Below are positions 1-10,703 of a stretch of DNA of 64,000 nucleotides, piece after piece. Source of the DNA: Gemmatimonadota bacterium (lineage in GTDB: Bacteria > Gemmatimonadota > Gemmatimonadetes > Palauibacterales > Palauibacteraceae); assembly GCA_963666735.1 (NCBI GenBank), contig OY762926.1, positions 960,001 through 1,024,000 of the forward strand, read 5' to 3'. The translations under genes were made by a program, and so were the position numbers. The notes beneath the pieces are model-generated. The model was not told the origin of the DNA and did no database searches. It saw nothing but the letters and a program-made list of their open reading frames with translations. Every line of letters starts with the position of its first letter. Position 1 is the first letter of the stretch.

Positions 1-626
1 ACGAACGAGCGGCTCCCGCTCAGGCCCACGACCCCCAGGTTGGGCGTCAGCGTGGAGAAGGGGTATTCCGCGATCCGGGGCTTCGCCGCCGTGACGCGGG
101 CGAGGAGCGTGGACTTCCCCGCGTTGGGCTCCCCTACCAGACCCACGTCGGCGATAAGCTTGAGTTCGAGTTCGACGTGCCGCTCCTCTCCCCACTCCCC
201 CGGTTCCCATTCGCGCGGCGTCTGTCGGGTGGGCGAAGCGAAGCTCGCGTTGCCCCGTCCCCCCCGGCCGCCGCGGGCCACGACGAGTTCATCTCCCTCA
301 TCGAGTAGTTCACCGATCCGCTCTCCCGTCTCCACATCGCGCACGAGCGTCCCGAGAGGTACCGGCAGCCGCAGGTCTTCTCCCGAGGCGCCATCCCGGT
401 TCTTCCCCTCCCCGTGACCGGCGCGGCCGGCCTTGTAGTGCTCGCGGTACGAGTAGTCGAGCAACGTGTCGAGTCGGCCGTCGGCAACGAGGACGACGCC
501 GCCGCCGTTTCCGCCCCGACCGCCGGCGGGCCCTCCCCGGGGCACTCCCCTCTCGCGCCGGAAGGCGACGGCGCCCGCGCCGCCCGCCCCTCCCGTGACG
601 TGTATTCTCGCTACGTCGACGAACAA
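1..626 (-). CDS. obgE: GTPase ObgE/CgtA (5' part; runs off the window edge)
   Basis: Manual translation from TTG at 626: MFVDVARIHVTGGAGGAGAVAFRRERGVPRGGP, Gly-rich Obg fold, then G1 motif VGEPNAGKSTLL. Not in the ORF track because it has no stop in the window. Confidence 0.95.
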   Translation of the reverse strand, partial: MFVDVARIHVTGGAGGAGAVAFRRERGVPRGGPAGGRGGNGGGVVLVADGRLDTLLDYSYREHYKAGRAGHGEGKNRDGASGEDLRLPVPLGTLVRDVETGERIGELLDEGDELVVARGGRGGRGNASFASPTRQTPREWEPGEWGEERHVELELKLIADVGLVGEPNAGKSTLLARVTAAKPRIAEYPFSTLTPNLGVVGLSGSRSF

Positions 627-1606
627 GATTCCCCCTCCACCGACAGCACCCCGACCTCGTTCCCGCATGTGTTCCGGACCACCGGGCGAGCGAAACCCTC
701 CAGGTGGACGATCTCCTCGGGCGCCAGCAACGACAGCGTCGCCAGCGCGTGCACGACCGCCGGCCCGAGCGGCCGCGTGGCCCCATCCAGCACCTTGAAG
801 GCCGCGCCCCACGCCCCCTCCGCGCTCGCAAGGCAGAAGACTCCCTCCGCCCCTTCCTTGGCGAGGATCCGACCCGAACTCGCCCGCATCAGGTTCGCCG
901 AGAGCGCCGTGGGACCCGACACCAATGTCGGATGCGTCGTCATCGCGGTCACAACGGACCGCACGGCCGCCTCCGGCGAGGCGCCGACCTCCGCGAACAC
1001 CCGCGCCATGTCCCGCAGGGAAAGGGCAGGGGTCGGCAGGCCGCAGCCATCCGTCCCCCAGGGCAGGCGTTCGCAGTCTTCGCCCAGCCATGCCGAGAGT
1101 TCGCGGCGGACCGCGCGCTGGAGCGGATGCTCCGGTTCCTGGTAGCCTGCCACGGGCCAGCCGCGCGCGACACAGAACGCCAGCAGCGCCGCATGCTGAC
1201 CCGAACAGTTGTTGTGGATCCGCCCCGGCAGGCGCCCCGCCCGATCCATCTCTCGGGCCGCCCCGTCGTCGAACGGCCGGTGCGGCCCGCATGCGAACAT
1301 CTCCGGCGCCAGGTCCGCCGCGTCGATCACCGACTGCACGACGTTCAGGTGCCGCGGAGTGCCGTGGTGGGAAGCGCACGCCAGCGCGAGCGCCTCCGCC
1401 CCGAGCCCGAGACGCTCGAACACGCCGTCTCTCACCACCGGAAGGATCTGGACCGGCTTCATCGAAGAACGCCAGAAGGCCGTCAATCGGGGATCGCCGA
1501 AGGCGTGGCGGCGGCCGGAGAACCCGGTTTCGCGGACGATGCCGTACACGAGATGCGACGATTCCAGCGTCCCGGCCCGATCCACCGTGACGCGGATCGG
1601 TTCCAT
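611..1606 (-). CDS. L-asparaginase II (Rhizobium AnsA-type) family protein
   Basis: Motifs RSSMKP, ACASHHG, HNNCSGQH, DGCGLP, AKEGAEG; start set at MEPIRVTV. Confidence 0.88.
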   Translation of the reverse strand: MEPIRVTVDRAGTLESSHLVYGIVRETGFSGRRHAFGDPRLTAFWRSSMKPVQILPVVRDGVFERLGLGAEALALACASHHGTPRHLNVVQSVIDAADLAPEMFACGPHRPFDDGAAREMDRAGRLPGRIHNNCSGQHAALLAFCVARGWPVAGYQEPEHPLQRAVRRELSAWLGEDCERLPWGTDGCGLPTPALSLRDMARVFAEVGASPEAAVRSVVTAMTTHPTLVSGPTALSANLMRASSGRILAKEGAEGVFCLASAEGAWGAAFKVLDGATRPLGPAVVHALATLSLLAPEEIVHLEGFARPVVRNTCGNEVGVLSVEGESCSST

Positions 1607-2295
1607 CACCCCGCCCCTCCGGCCGTCGGCGGCGCGAGCCGGGCCCAGGCTCCGGCCGTCGCGCTCCCGTCGGTCAAATCGTCGGCCATGCGGGCCAGAT
1701 CGGCCGGACGGTCCACATCGTACCACGGCGGCAACCGCACACAATCGAGCCGCAGCGACGCGGCGCGCGCGCGCGTCCAGGCGAACAGCCCGGACGTCGA
1801 CCACGGGGCTCCGGCGAAGAGACCGCCGGCTCGCGGCCAGGCCGACTCGTGCAGGCCGACCGCGTAGTATCCGCCATCGAGACTCGGGCCAAGGGCCAGC
1901 GGGCTATCCGCCAGGGCCTCGAAAGCCCGCACGACGAAATCGGCCGGGAGCGTCGGATGGTCGCTTCCGAGCGCGACCGCGCGATCCGCACCCTCGTTGA
2001 AGACGCAGGCGAACGCCATCTCGAGCCGGTCACCGAGCGAACCTCCGGACTGCAGCCGGATGCGAGCCGCGGGGTACCGGGAACTCAGCCGCTCCAGAGC
2101 CCCCGGACGATCGGGGACCCACAACTCCACGGCCACCCCGTCCGGCGCGCGCTTCATGGCGTCATCGAGGAAGGCCTCGTACAGGACGGCGCTCCCCTCT
2201 CCCGTCAGCTCGGGATGGAGGCGCGTCTTGACATAGCCCGGCTCGGGCAGGCGGCCGAAGACGAGGAGTCTTCGACGCGAACGCTCACGGTTCAA
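1606..2295 (-). CDS. DUF2064/TIGR04282-type glycosyltransferase-like (CofC-like) protein
   Basis: GRLPEPGYVKTRL, QSGGSLGDRL, LGSDHPTL, LGPSLDGGYY, WYDVDRPADL. Confidence 0.85.
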   Translation of the reverse strand: MNRERSRRRLLVFGRLPEPGYVKTRLHPELTGEGSAVLYEAFLDDAMKRAPDGVAVELWVPDRPGALERLSSRYPAARIRLQSGGSLGDRLEMAFACVFNEGADRAVALGSDHPTLPADFVVRAFEALADSPLALGPSLDGGYYAVGLHESAWPRAGGLFAGAPWSTSGLFAWTRARAASLRLDCVRLPPWYDVDRPADLARMADDLTDGSATAGAWARLAPPTAGGAG

Positions 2296-2326
2296 GGCGG
2301 GGTTCAGGCGCGCACCGACTCGCCGC

Positions 2327-2773
2327 TTAGCGGGTGTTGACCTCGATCACGCCGCCCTCGGCGCCCGGCCTCTGGTAGCGGACCGGAACCATGCTCTGGT
2401 GATACAGCCGGATCGACACGATTTCCTCCGCGGGGATCCGCCGCAGCGTGGTGACCGCGTCGTTCAGGTTGAAATCGCCATCCACGACCAGCAGCGGCAC
2501 GTAGTAGTCCCGCGTCTGCCGCCCGAAGAGACTGGAGCCGTCGTTGCCGCCCCGGAAGCCGATCCGGTCTTCGAAGATGATCAGTTCGCGGTGATGGGTG
2601 AGCGCCTCGTAGGCCGAGCGATACCCGGCGTCGCGGATCTCACTGCCGGTGATGATGAGCCGGCTGTACGTTCCGGGGCGAGGGTTGCCGGCGCACGCCG
2701 CTGCCGCGATCAGAACCGCCATCAGAGCCATCGTGGTTGCAATCACCGCCGACCGTCGCGTGCGCTGTCTCAT
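2327..2773 (-). CDS. Small lipoprotein with a TonB-receptor plug-like domain
   Basis: Lipobox-like AAAC; LVVDG...LRRIPAEEIVSIRLY...GGVIEVNTR resembles the C-terminal half of a plug domain. Confidence 0.6.
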   Translation of the reverse strand: MRQRTRRSAVIATTMALMAVLIAAAACAGNPRPGTYSRLIITGSEIRDAGYRSAYEALTHHRELIIFEDRIGFRGGNDGSSLFGRQTRDYYVPLLVVDGDFNLNDAVTTLRRIPAEEIVSIRLYHQSMVPVRYQRPGAEGGVIEVNTR

Positions 2774-2857
2774 AGCTCGTCTCCTCCCATCCTGAATCTC
2801 CCCGCCGGCGCGATATGCCCTGTCCTCGCCGCCGACACGGGATGTTTCGCGGAACGC

Positions 2858-4531
2858 CTAGCGATCCCCGTCGGACTCGCCGCTCTCCGCGTCCGCGCCA
2901 TCCGCGCCGTCCGCACCCCGCTCCTCGGCCACGCGCGCCGCGACCGTGAGCAGCGCCTCCGGCGAATCGGCCTGCATCAGGAGGTCCATTGCGACCTGTA
3001 CCTGCGCATCACGCACGGCCCGGCTGCGGAGCTGGGGCACCTCCCCGAACTCCGCGCCGGCCAGCTCATCCGCGATGAGCCAGTCGACATAGGTTTGCGA
3101 CTGGTCGAAGAGTTCCCTCTCGATCTCGGCCCCCGCGTCCACGAGCGCCGTCCAGACTTCCTCCCGCATCCCCTGCGTGACGGAGAACCCCTCGTCGAAA
3201 TCGTAGTCGTTCGAGTACTCGACGGCCCACCGGAAGACGACGTTCCGCGGGATCGCCCCGGAGCGCGTCGCGAGACGCCGCAGTTCCTGTTCCTCGGTCG
3301 AAAGCGTGTCGCGGTAGACGATCAGGTCCGGCGTAATCCCGCCGCCTCCGTACACCGTCCGCCCGCCCGTCGTGCTGAACTCCTCCCGGTCTCCCGGCTC
3401 CGACCGCGCCGCGACCGGTTCCCCGGAAATCGCCACGGCGCTCGCCGCCAGGTCGCGGAGCGCGCGCTCGCGGTCGAAGTCCTTCGTGATGGAGCGGCCG
3501 GCCGGCGTGTACCAGCGGGCCGTCGTGACCTTCATGCTGTTGTTCCCGGAGAGCCCGTACAGCGTCTGCACGGATCCCTTGCCGAACGTCGTCGTGCCGA
3601 CGACGACGGCGCGGTCGTGATCCTGGAGCGCGCCGGCCACGATCTCGGACGCGCTCGCGCTGAGGCCATCCACGACGACGACGAGGGGAATGTCGGCGTA
3701 GCGGTCCTCGGAGGAGGCGCGGAACAGGTAGTTCTGCTCGTCCAGCCGGGACCGCGTTTCCACCACGGACTTGCCGCGCTCCAGGAAGAGATCCGTCACA
3801 TCGATGCCCGCCGGCAGCAGGCCGCCGGGGTTCCGCCGCAGGTCCAGGATCAGTCCGCCGGCTCCCTCATCGACGAGGCGGTCCAGCGTCGCGACCAGTT
3901 CCTCCTTCGCCTCGCGGCTGAAGCCGCGCAGCGTCACGTAGCCGACATCGCCGTCCAGGATGAAGCCCTGCGCCTGCGCCACCTGGATGACGTCGCGCAC
4001 GATACGGATCGCGAGCGGGCGGTCCACGCCTACCCGCGCGATCGTGATGCCGACCGGCGCCCCCCTCTCACCGCGCAGGGTGTCCACCGCCTTGTCCACC
4101 GACCACCCCTCGGCGGATTCGCCCTCGACCTCGATGATACGGTCGCCGACCTCGAGTCCCTCGCGGACGGCCGGCGAGTTCGGGAGCACCTGAACGACGG
4201 TGATCCAGTCGTCCTTCACGTCGATCCGGACGCCGAGTCCACCGTAGTTGCCCGTCGTGGTGAAACGAAGATCCTCGGAATCCCGGGGCTCGAGGAACGT
4301 GGTATACGGGTCGCCCAGATTGTCGAGCATCCCGTCGATCGCCATGCGATACAACTCGTCCGGCGAAATCTCGTCGACGAACCGGGCGGAGATCAGACGG
4401 TGGATCTCATCCAGGAGCCGGCGGCTTTCGCCGCCGCTCGCATCCCCGCTCTGATTTATCAGCCAGCCGCCGGTCGCGAGAGCGATGGCGCCGACCAGCA
4501 CTCCCGTCGTCCAGGATCGCTGCATTCTCAT
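2858..4531 (-). CDS. ctpA: Carboxy-terminal processing protease, S41 family (PDZ + protease)
   Basis: DPYT, GGLGV PDZ, LDLRRNPGGLL, SASASEIVAGALQD, TFGKGSVQ. Confidence 0.92.
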   Translation of the reverse strand: MRMQRSWTTGVLVGAIALATGGWLINQSGDASGGESRRLLDEIHRLISARFVDEISPDELYRMAIDGMLDNLGDPYTTFLEPRDSEDLRFTTTGNYGGLGVRIDVKDDWITVVQVLPNSPAVREGLEVGDRIIEVEGESAEGWSVDKAVDTLRGERGAPVGITIARVGVDRPLAIRIVRDVIQVAQAQGFILDGDVGYVTLRGFSREAKEELVATLDRLVDEGAGGLILDLRRNPGGLLPAGIDVTDLFLERGKSVVETRSRLDEQNYLFRASSEDRYADIPLVVVVDGLSASASEIVAGALQDHDRAVVVGTTTFGKGSVQTLYGLSGNNSMKVTTARWYTPAGRSITKDFDRERALRDLAASAVAISGEPVAARSEPGDREEFSTTGGRTVYGGGGITPDLIVYRDTLSTEEQELRRLATRSGAIPRNVVFRWAVEYSNDYDFDEGFSVTQGMREEVWTALVDAGAEIERELFDQSQTYVDWLIADELAGAEFGEVPQLRSRAVRDAQVQVAMDLLMQADSPEALLTVAARVAEERGADGADGADAESGESDGDR

Positions 4532-4616
4532 GCATCCTCCGTGGTGGCAAGCCCGTATCGTGTCGGGCCGCGTTCGGGCGGGACTCCGCCGCTACCGTCA
4601 ATGTCACACCGCACCG

Positions 4617-5297
4617 TCAAAGAGGAAAGTTCGCCGCCCGGAAGCGGCGCGGAAGCCTCTCCTGCAGGAACGCCAGAATCCGGGCTTCCACCTCATCCGG
4701 CGTCCCGGAGCCGTCGACGAGCACGATCCTCTCGTCTTCCGCCGCCAGTTCTCGATACCCTTCCCGCACGCGCTCGCGGAACGATCGCTTCTCGAGTTCG
4801 ATTCGATCGGGAGCGGACGCGAAGAAGGTCAACTGGCCGGGGTCGTCCTCGTCCTGCCATTGGCGACCCAGGCCCACCTTCACGGGTACGTCGAGCACAA
4901 GATAAAGATCCGGAAGGAGGCCACCCGTCGCGGCGCGGGTGACCTGTTCGATCGTCTTCGCGTCGACTCCGCGCGCCCACCCCTGGTAAACCCGCGTGGA
5001 CAGCTCGAAGCGGTCGCAGAGGAGGACCTCGCCACGCTCCAGCGCGGGCCGGATCACCTCCTCGACATGAGCGCGGCGGGAGGCCGAAAACAGGAGCAGC
5101 TCGGCAATCCCGTCGAGCCGCAACTCCGGCCGGTCGAGGAGCACGCTCCGAATCGCCTCCGCCGCCGCCGTGCCGCCGGGTTCCCGCGTCACCGTGTGCG
5201 GCGCGCCGCCCGCGGACAGCCGCTCGGCCAGCCGGCCGATCTGGAGCGACTTCCCCGCCCCCTCCGGTCCCTCGAATACGAGGAAGCAGCCGTTCAT
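4617..5297 (-). CDS. tmk: Thymidylate kinase
   Basis: FEGPEGAGKS P-loop, TREPGGT, LCDRF, DRIE. Confidence 0.95.
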   Translation of the reverse strand: MNGCFLVFEGPEGAGKSLQIGRLAERLSAGGAPHTVTREPGGTAAAEAIRSVLLDRPELRLDGIAELLLFSASRRAHVEEVIRPALERGEVLLCDRFELSTRVYQGWARGVDAKTIEQVTRAATGGLLPDLYLVLDVPVKVGLGRQWQDEDDPGQLTFFASAPDRIELEKRSFRERVREGYRELAAEDERIVLVDGSGTPDEVEARILAFLQERLPRRFRAANFPL

Positions 5298-5309
5298 TCA
5301 ACCCTTCAT

Positions 5310-6632
5310 TCAGTCGTAGTACTCCACGCCGAGGTGGGTGATCTGCTTCTCCCCCATCAGCCAGCGCAACGTGTTCTTGAGTTTCCAGTGCTGGATGAAG
5401 ATGTCGTGTTCCGGATACAGGTCCGGGGCCGTCTGCGGCGCCTTGAAGTAGAAGGACAGCCATTCCTGGACTCCCGACAGTTCGGAGCGTGCCGCGAGGT
5501 CGAGAAAGAGCGCCAGATCCAGCACAATGGGGGCGGCCAGAATGGAGTCGCGGCACAGAAAGTCGATCTTGATCTGCATGCCGTACCCCATCCAGCCGAA
5601 TATGTCGAGATTGTCCCAGCCTTCCTTGTTGTCGCCCCGCGGCGGATAGTAGTTGATGCGGACCTTGTGATACATGTCCCCGTAGAGGTCCGGGTACATG
5701 TCCGGCTGCAGGATATATTCGAGCGCCCCGAGCTTCGACTCTTCCTTCGTCTTGAAACTCTCCGGGTCGTCGAGCACTTCGCCGTCCCGGTTGCCGAGGA
5801 TGTTCGTCGAGAACCAGCCGTTGAGGCCGAGCATGCGCGCCTTGAGGCCGGGAGCCAGAATCGTCTTCATCAGCGTCTGGCCGGTCTTGAAGTCCTTGCC
5901 CGCGATCGCGACGCCCCGTTCGGCGGCGAGCGCGAGAAGCGCGGGGATGTCGCAGGTCAGATTCGGCGCCCCGTTCGCGAACGGCACCCCCTCCATGAGC
6001 GCGGCCCACGCATAGAGCATCGAGGGCGCGATGTCGCGGTGGTTCTCCTCCATCGCGCGCTCGAAGGAGGCCACGCTATCGTGCGCAGGACTCGCCTTCA
6101 TGAAGATTTCGGTCGAAGCCGCCCACACCATCACGAGACGGTCGCAGCCGTTCTCCGCCTTGAACCGGCGGATGTCCTCGCGGAGTTGCTCGGCAAGCTC
6201 CCGCTTGTTCGCGCCCGTCTTCACGTTCGAGCCGTCGAGCTTCTTCACGTAGGCGCGGTCGAAGGCGGCCGGCATCGGCTCGATTCCGCGCATGAAGTCC
6301 GCGAGCGGATCGACGTCCTCGGGCCGAAGGACGCCGCATACCTTGGCGGACTTGTAGGCGTTGTCGGGAATCGGATCCCACGCGCCGAACACGAGGTCGT
6401 CGAGTCCGGCCAGCGGCACGAAATCGCCGATGAGCGGGGTTCGGTTCTCCGTTCGCTTACCGAGCCGGATCGTGTTCATCTGCGTGAGCGATCCGATGGG
6501 CCGGTTCCGCCCCCGGCGCGCCGCCTCCACGCCCGCGATGAAGGTGGTCGAGACCGCCCCGAGCCCTACGAGGAGAACGCCGAGCGTTCCTTCGGCGGGG
6601 GCAATGGTTGCAGGTGATCTATCCGAATCCAC
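5310..6632 (-). CDS. ino1: myo-Inositol-1(3)-phosphate synthase
   Basis: GLGAVSTT, VWAASTE, NGAPN, GKDFKTGQT, NILGNRDG, DNKEGWD, RDSILAAP. Confidence 0.93.
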   Translation of the reverse strand: MDSDRSPATIAPAEGTLGVLLVGLGAVSTTFIAGVEAARRGRNRPIGSLTQMNTIRLGKRTENRTPLIGDFVPLAGLDDLVFGAWDPIPDNAYKSAKVCGVLRPEDVDPLADFMRGIEPMPAAFDRAYVKKLDGSNVKTGANKRELAEQLREDIRRFKAENGCDRLVMVWAASTEIFMKASPAHDSVASFERAMEENHRDIAPSMLYAWAALMEGVPFANGAPNLTCDIPALLALAAERGVAIAGKDFKTGQTLMKTILAPGLKARMLGLNGWFSTNILGNRDGEVLDDPESFKTKEESKLGALEYILQPDMYPDLYGDMYHKVRINYYPPRGDNKEGWDNLDIFGWMGYGMQIKIDFLCRDSILAAPIVLDLALFLDLAARSELSGVQEWLSFYFKAPQTAPDLYPEHDIFIQHWKLKNTLRWLMGEKQITHLGVEYYD

Positions 6633-6673
6633 GATGCCGGTTCACTCCGTGTCTGGTTCAGTTCGTGTCTGGT

Positions 6674-7330
6674 TCAGTTGGACTGCCGGGGCGGCTCGCC
6701 GTCGGGCCGCGTATTCCGGTACACCCACCAGATCCGCTGGAAGGCGGTCAGGTTGGTGAGGATCGCGAGCACGATGATCACGACCCTGAGGACGAGACCC
6801 CGGTGCCCGAACATGGTCGTCTCGCCGAAGATGAGCGCCGCGAAGCCGATCAGGATGACCCGTTCCGGGCGTTGCATGAGTCCGACGTAGCAGGCGATGC
6901 CGAGCGCCTCGGCCCGGGCGCGGGTGTAGCTGATCATCAGCGAGCCGGCCAGCGCGAGCACGATCCAGTAGATCATCCCCACGTCGCCCAGTTCGAGACG
7001 GTAGTCGTTGTACAGGGAGAGGAGTCCCAGGTATACGACGATCTCGGACAGCCGGTCGAGGGTCGAGTCGTAGAAGGCCCCAAAGGACGAGGCCAGACCC
7101 GTGCGGCGCGCGACCGTGCCGTCGAACAGGTCGAACACGCCGCCGAGGAGGACGAGGAAGCCGGCCGTGCTCACATGGTGCTGATGAAAGAAGTAGCCGG
7201 AACTGCAGGTGATGATGAAACCGAGCGTGCTGATGACGTTGGGGTGGACGCGGCGTCGCGTGAGCCACGCCATGGCCGGCTCGAAGATCGCGCGCAGCGC
7301 GCGTTCCCCCAGGTCGCGAGCCGTTCTCAT
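6674..7330 (-). CDS. CDP-alcohol phosphatidyltransferase, probable phosphatidylinositol(-phosphate) synthase
   Basis: HPNVIS and signature DLFDGTVARRTGLASSFGAFYDSTLDR; SYTRARAE; adjacent to ino1. Confidence 0.88.
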   Translation of the reverse strand: MRTARDLGERALRAIFEPAMAWLTRRRVHPNVISTLGFIITCSSGYFFHQHHVSTAGFLVLLGGVFDLFDGTVARRTGLASSFGAFYDSTLDRLSEIVVYLGLLSLYNDYRLELGDVGMIYWIVLALAGSLMISYTRARAEALGIACYVGLMQRPERVILIGFAALIFGETTMFGHRGLVLRVVIIVLAILTNLTAFQRIWWVYRNTRPDGEPPRQSN

Positions 7331-7695
7331 GCCGGGAGGATGATCCTGCTTTCCTCGCCCTTCCGGACCCCCTCGCCGATCGCCCGGTCCACCCGCTCCA
7401 TGAGCTTCTCGAAGTTCGCCTGGGAGGAGACGAGGGCCTGGTAGCGGGTGTTCGTCTGGATCTTCTCCTGCAGTTCGGCGAACTCCCGTTCCTGCTCCTC
7501 GCTCGGCTGCTCGCCGCGGCCGACTGCTTCCATGAGCGTGCTTTGCAGATCGCGCATCCGGTTGAGCAGTTCCGTCGCGTCACGGTCCTCGTCGATCTCG
7601 CGGCGGGCCGCGCGCAGGTAGGCGTATTCGGGCAACTGCGAGATGATGCGCCCCACCTCCTGCGCCTTCTCCAGCATGCGGTCTCGTTCGTCCAT
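7327..7695 (-). CDS. YlbF/YmcA (Com_YlbF)-like helical regulator
   Basis: 122 aa, helical: MLEKAQEVGRIISQLPEYAYLRAARREIDED...YQALVSSQANFEKLMERVDRAI; 4-nt overlap with the next gene. Confidence 0.7.
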   Translation of the reverse strand: MDERDRMLEKAQEVGRIISQLPEYAYLRAARREIDEDRDATELLNRMRDLQSTLMEAVGRGEQPSEEQEREFAELQEKIQTNTRYQALVSSQANFEKLMERVDRAIGEGVRKGEESRIILPA

Positions 7696-7877
7696 GTCTC
7701 CGGCTCGAAACGGAAGTCGGGAAGCACCCCGGGCCGACGCGTCGGGCCGGCGGAGGGCGGAGGTTCGAATCGTCCGCGCCTTGACCGCTCGCCATCCGCG
7801 GGCCGAGGCCGATGATTCGACGCCCGAGTATAACCCGGCCCCGACCCCCACGCGACTTGAACGAGCCGGCGACGCGA

Positions 7878-8794
7878 CTAGCCGGAAACGGCCTTCCGCG
7901 CGCTCGCAAAGCGAGGACGGCCGGCAAGGTCCATCCCGATGCGGCCGTCGGAGAGCGATGCTTGAGCCTCAAGGAGATGGAGGACGGCGGGACCCTGCGA
8001 CATCCCGACCTCGAGAAACAGCGCGCCGCCTACACGGAGCCGTGCCGCGGCGACGGACACCACGGTTCGAATCACGTCCAGTCCGTCTTCTCCGCCATCG
8101 AGTGCGACGCGGGGCTCGTGATCCCGGACGACTGGGTCGAGGCCGGTCAGCTCCGAGGACGTGACGTAGGGTGGATTGGAGATGATGAGGTCGAAACGTT
8201 CGTCCGGAGAGAGCGCGGACCGAATGTCGGGCGCGCAGAGGCGCAGTTCGAGCCCCTCTGCCCCCTCCACGCCCGCGCGGCGGGCGTTCGCGCGGGCCAG
8301 GTCGAGCGCGTCCTCCGACACGTCGAGCCCGACGACGCGGTCGGCGATGCCCTCGTCGAGGAGCGCGATCGCGATGGCGCCCGAACCGACGCCGATGTCG
8401 AGGGCGTCCACGGGCGTCCCCCGGTCGCGATGCCAGAGGGCGACGAGGTCGAGCAGCTGCTCGGTCTCGGGACGCGGGATGAGGGCGCGGCCATCCGACA
8501 CCAGGCGCACACGCCGGAAGTCGACCGTGCCCTCGATGTGCTGGAGCGGCTGCCCCTCGAGACGGCGGGAGACCGCGCGCGCCACCGACGCGGCACCGGC
8601 CGGATCGACCCGCTCCCCGCCGGAGACGCCGAGTTCGCTCCGCGACAGGTCGAGCGCCGCCGCCACGAGCCGCTCGGCCTCGACGCGCGAGGCCTCCAGC
8701 CCGGCCAGCTCGAGTTCGCGCTGCACGCCCCGCACGATCTCGCGGCGCGTCGGACCCGCCGGGCGGCGTCCCGCCCCACCCGGCGGCGGTTCCA

Positions 8795-8798
<4 letters not shown>
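7878..8798 (-). CDS. prmC: Release factor glutamine methyltransferase
   Basis: LIPRPETE, LDIGVGSGAI, ISNPPYV; ATGA overlap with prfA. Confidence 0.93.
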
Positions 8799-9880
<1,082 letters not shown>

Positions 9881-9896
9881 CGTTCGTTCCCTACAT

Positions 9897-9925
9897 GAAA
9901 ACGGGGTCCGCGAGGAACCCCGTCA
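9897..9925 (-). terminator. Putative intrinsic terminator between rpmE and prfA
   Basis: Minus strand ACGGGGTTCC-TCGC-GGACCCCGT followed by TTT. Confidence 0.55.
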
Positions 9926-9987
9926 TTTGAGTTTGCCGTACAGCCTGGCAATTCAGCTGGCAGTGTCGAGCGCTTGACGGCTCCGGC

Positions 9988-10269
9988 TCAGGCATCCACC
10001 ACCACTGCCGCCCCCGCCTCTTCCGGCGCCTCTTCCCTCGCCGTCTCCTCCTTCGCGCCGCCGCGGGCCTTCCCATCGCCGTACTTGGCAATGAAGCGCT
10101 CCACGCGGCCCGCGGTGTCGACGAGCTTCTGCCGGCCCGTGAAGAAGGGGTGGCAGTGCGAACAGATCTCGACGTGGATCTCGCCCACGGCCGAGGAGGT
10201 TTCCGTGTCCCGGCCACACGCACAGGTGATCTTCGCGGGTGCGTACTCCGGATGTATGCCTGCCTTCAT
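9988..10269 (-). CDS. rpmE: 50S ribosomal protein L31 (Zn-binding type, acidic tail)
   Basis: MKAGIHPEY...CACG...[26 protein letters not shown]. Confidence 0.96.
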   Translation of the reverse strand: MKAGIHPEYAPAKITCACGRDTETSSAVGEIHVEICSHCHPFFTGRQKLVDTAGRVERFIAKYGDGKARGGAKEETAREEAPEEAGAAVVVDA

Positions 10270-10394
10270 GTCTTCTCCACATGCTGGGTTTCTGCTTCCC
10301 GGCGGACGTCTTCTGCGGAACAACCACACAACTTAGCCGGAACGGGGCGGCCGCGGCAAACCGAAGACGAACCCCCGCCCGTGCCGCCGGGACC

Positions 10395-10703
10395 GTGCAC
10401 GCGACAGAGCATCTGCCCGCTGCCGACTTCGAGACGGTGGGCGACATTCGCGTGCGCTGGCTGGAAGAAGAGGGACGCATCCGCCGATTCGTCGCGGAAC
10501 TCGGCCCTGGGGACATCGACCGCGTGATGGACTACCGGTTCTTCGATGGCGAACCGATGCGTGCCGTCTTCCGGCACATGTTGCAGCACGTCGTCAACCA
10601 CGCCACCTACCACCGCGGACAGGTGACGACGATGCTGCGCCAGCTCGGCGCCGAGCCGCCCCGGAACCAGGGCCTCATCGGCTTCTATCTCGAGCAGGCC
10701 TAG
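10395..10703 (+). pseudogene. DinB/YfiT family protein, apparently 5'-truncated
   Basis: Only the C-terminal ~100 aa are recognisable (LQHVVNHATYHRGQVTTMLRQLG); upstream in-frame sequence is the rpmE promoter region. Confidence 0.6.

Noticed and set aside
2399..6617. Very long plus-strand ORFs (847 aa, 710 aa) and similar ones elsewhere, e.g. 31508-34870 and 46961-49492
   Set aside because: Antisense shadows of real genes, typical of high-GC DNA; no recognisable motifs.
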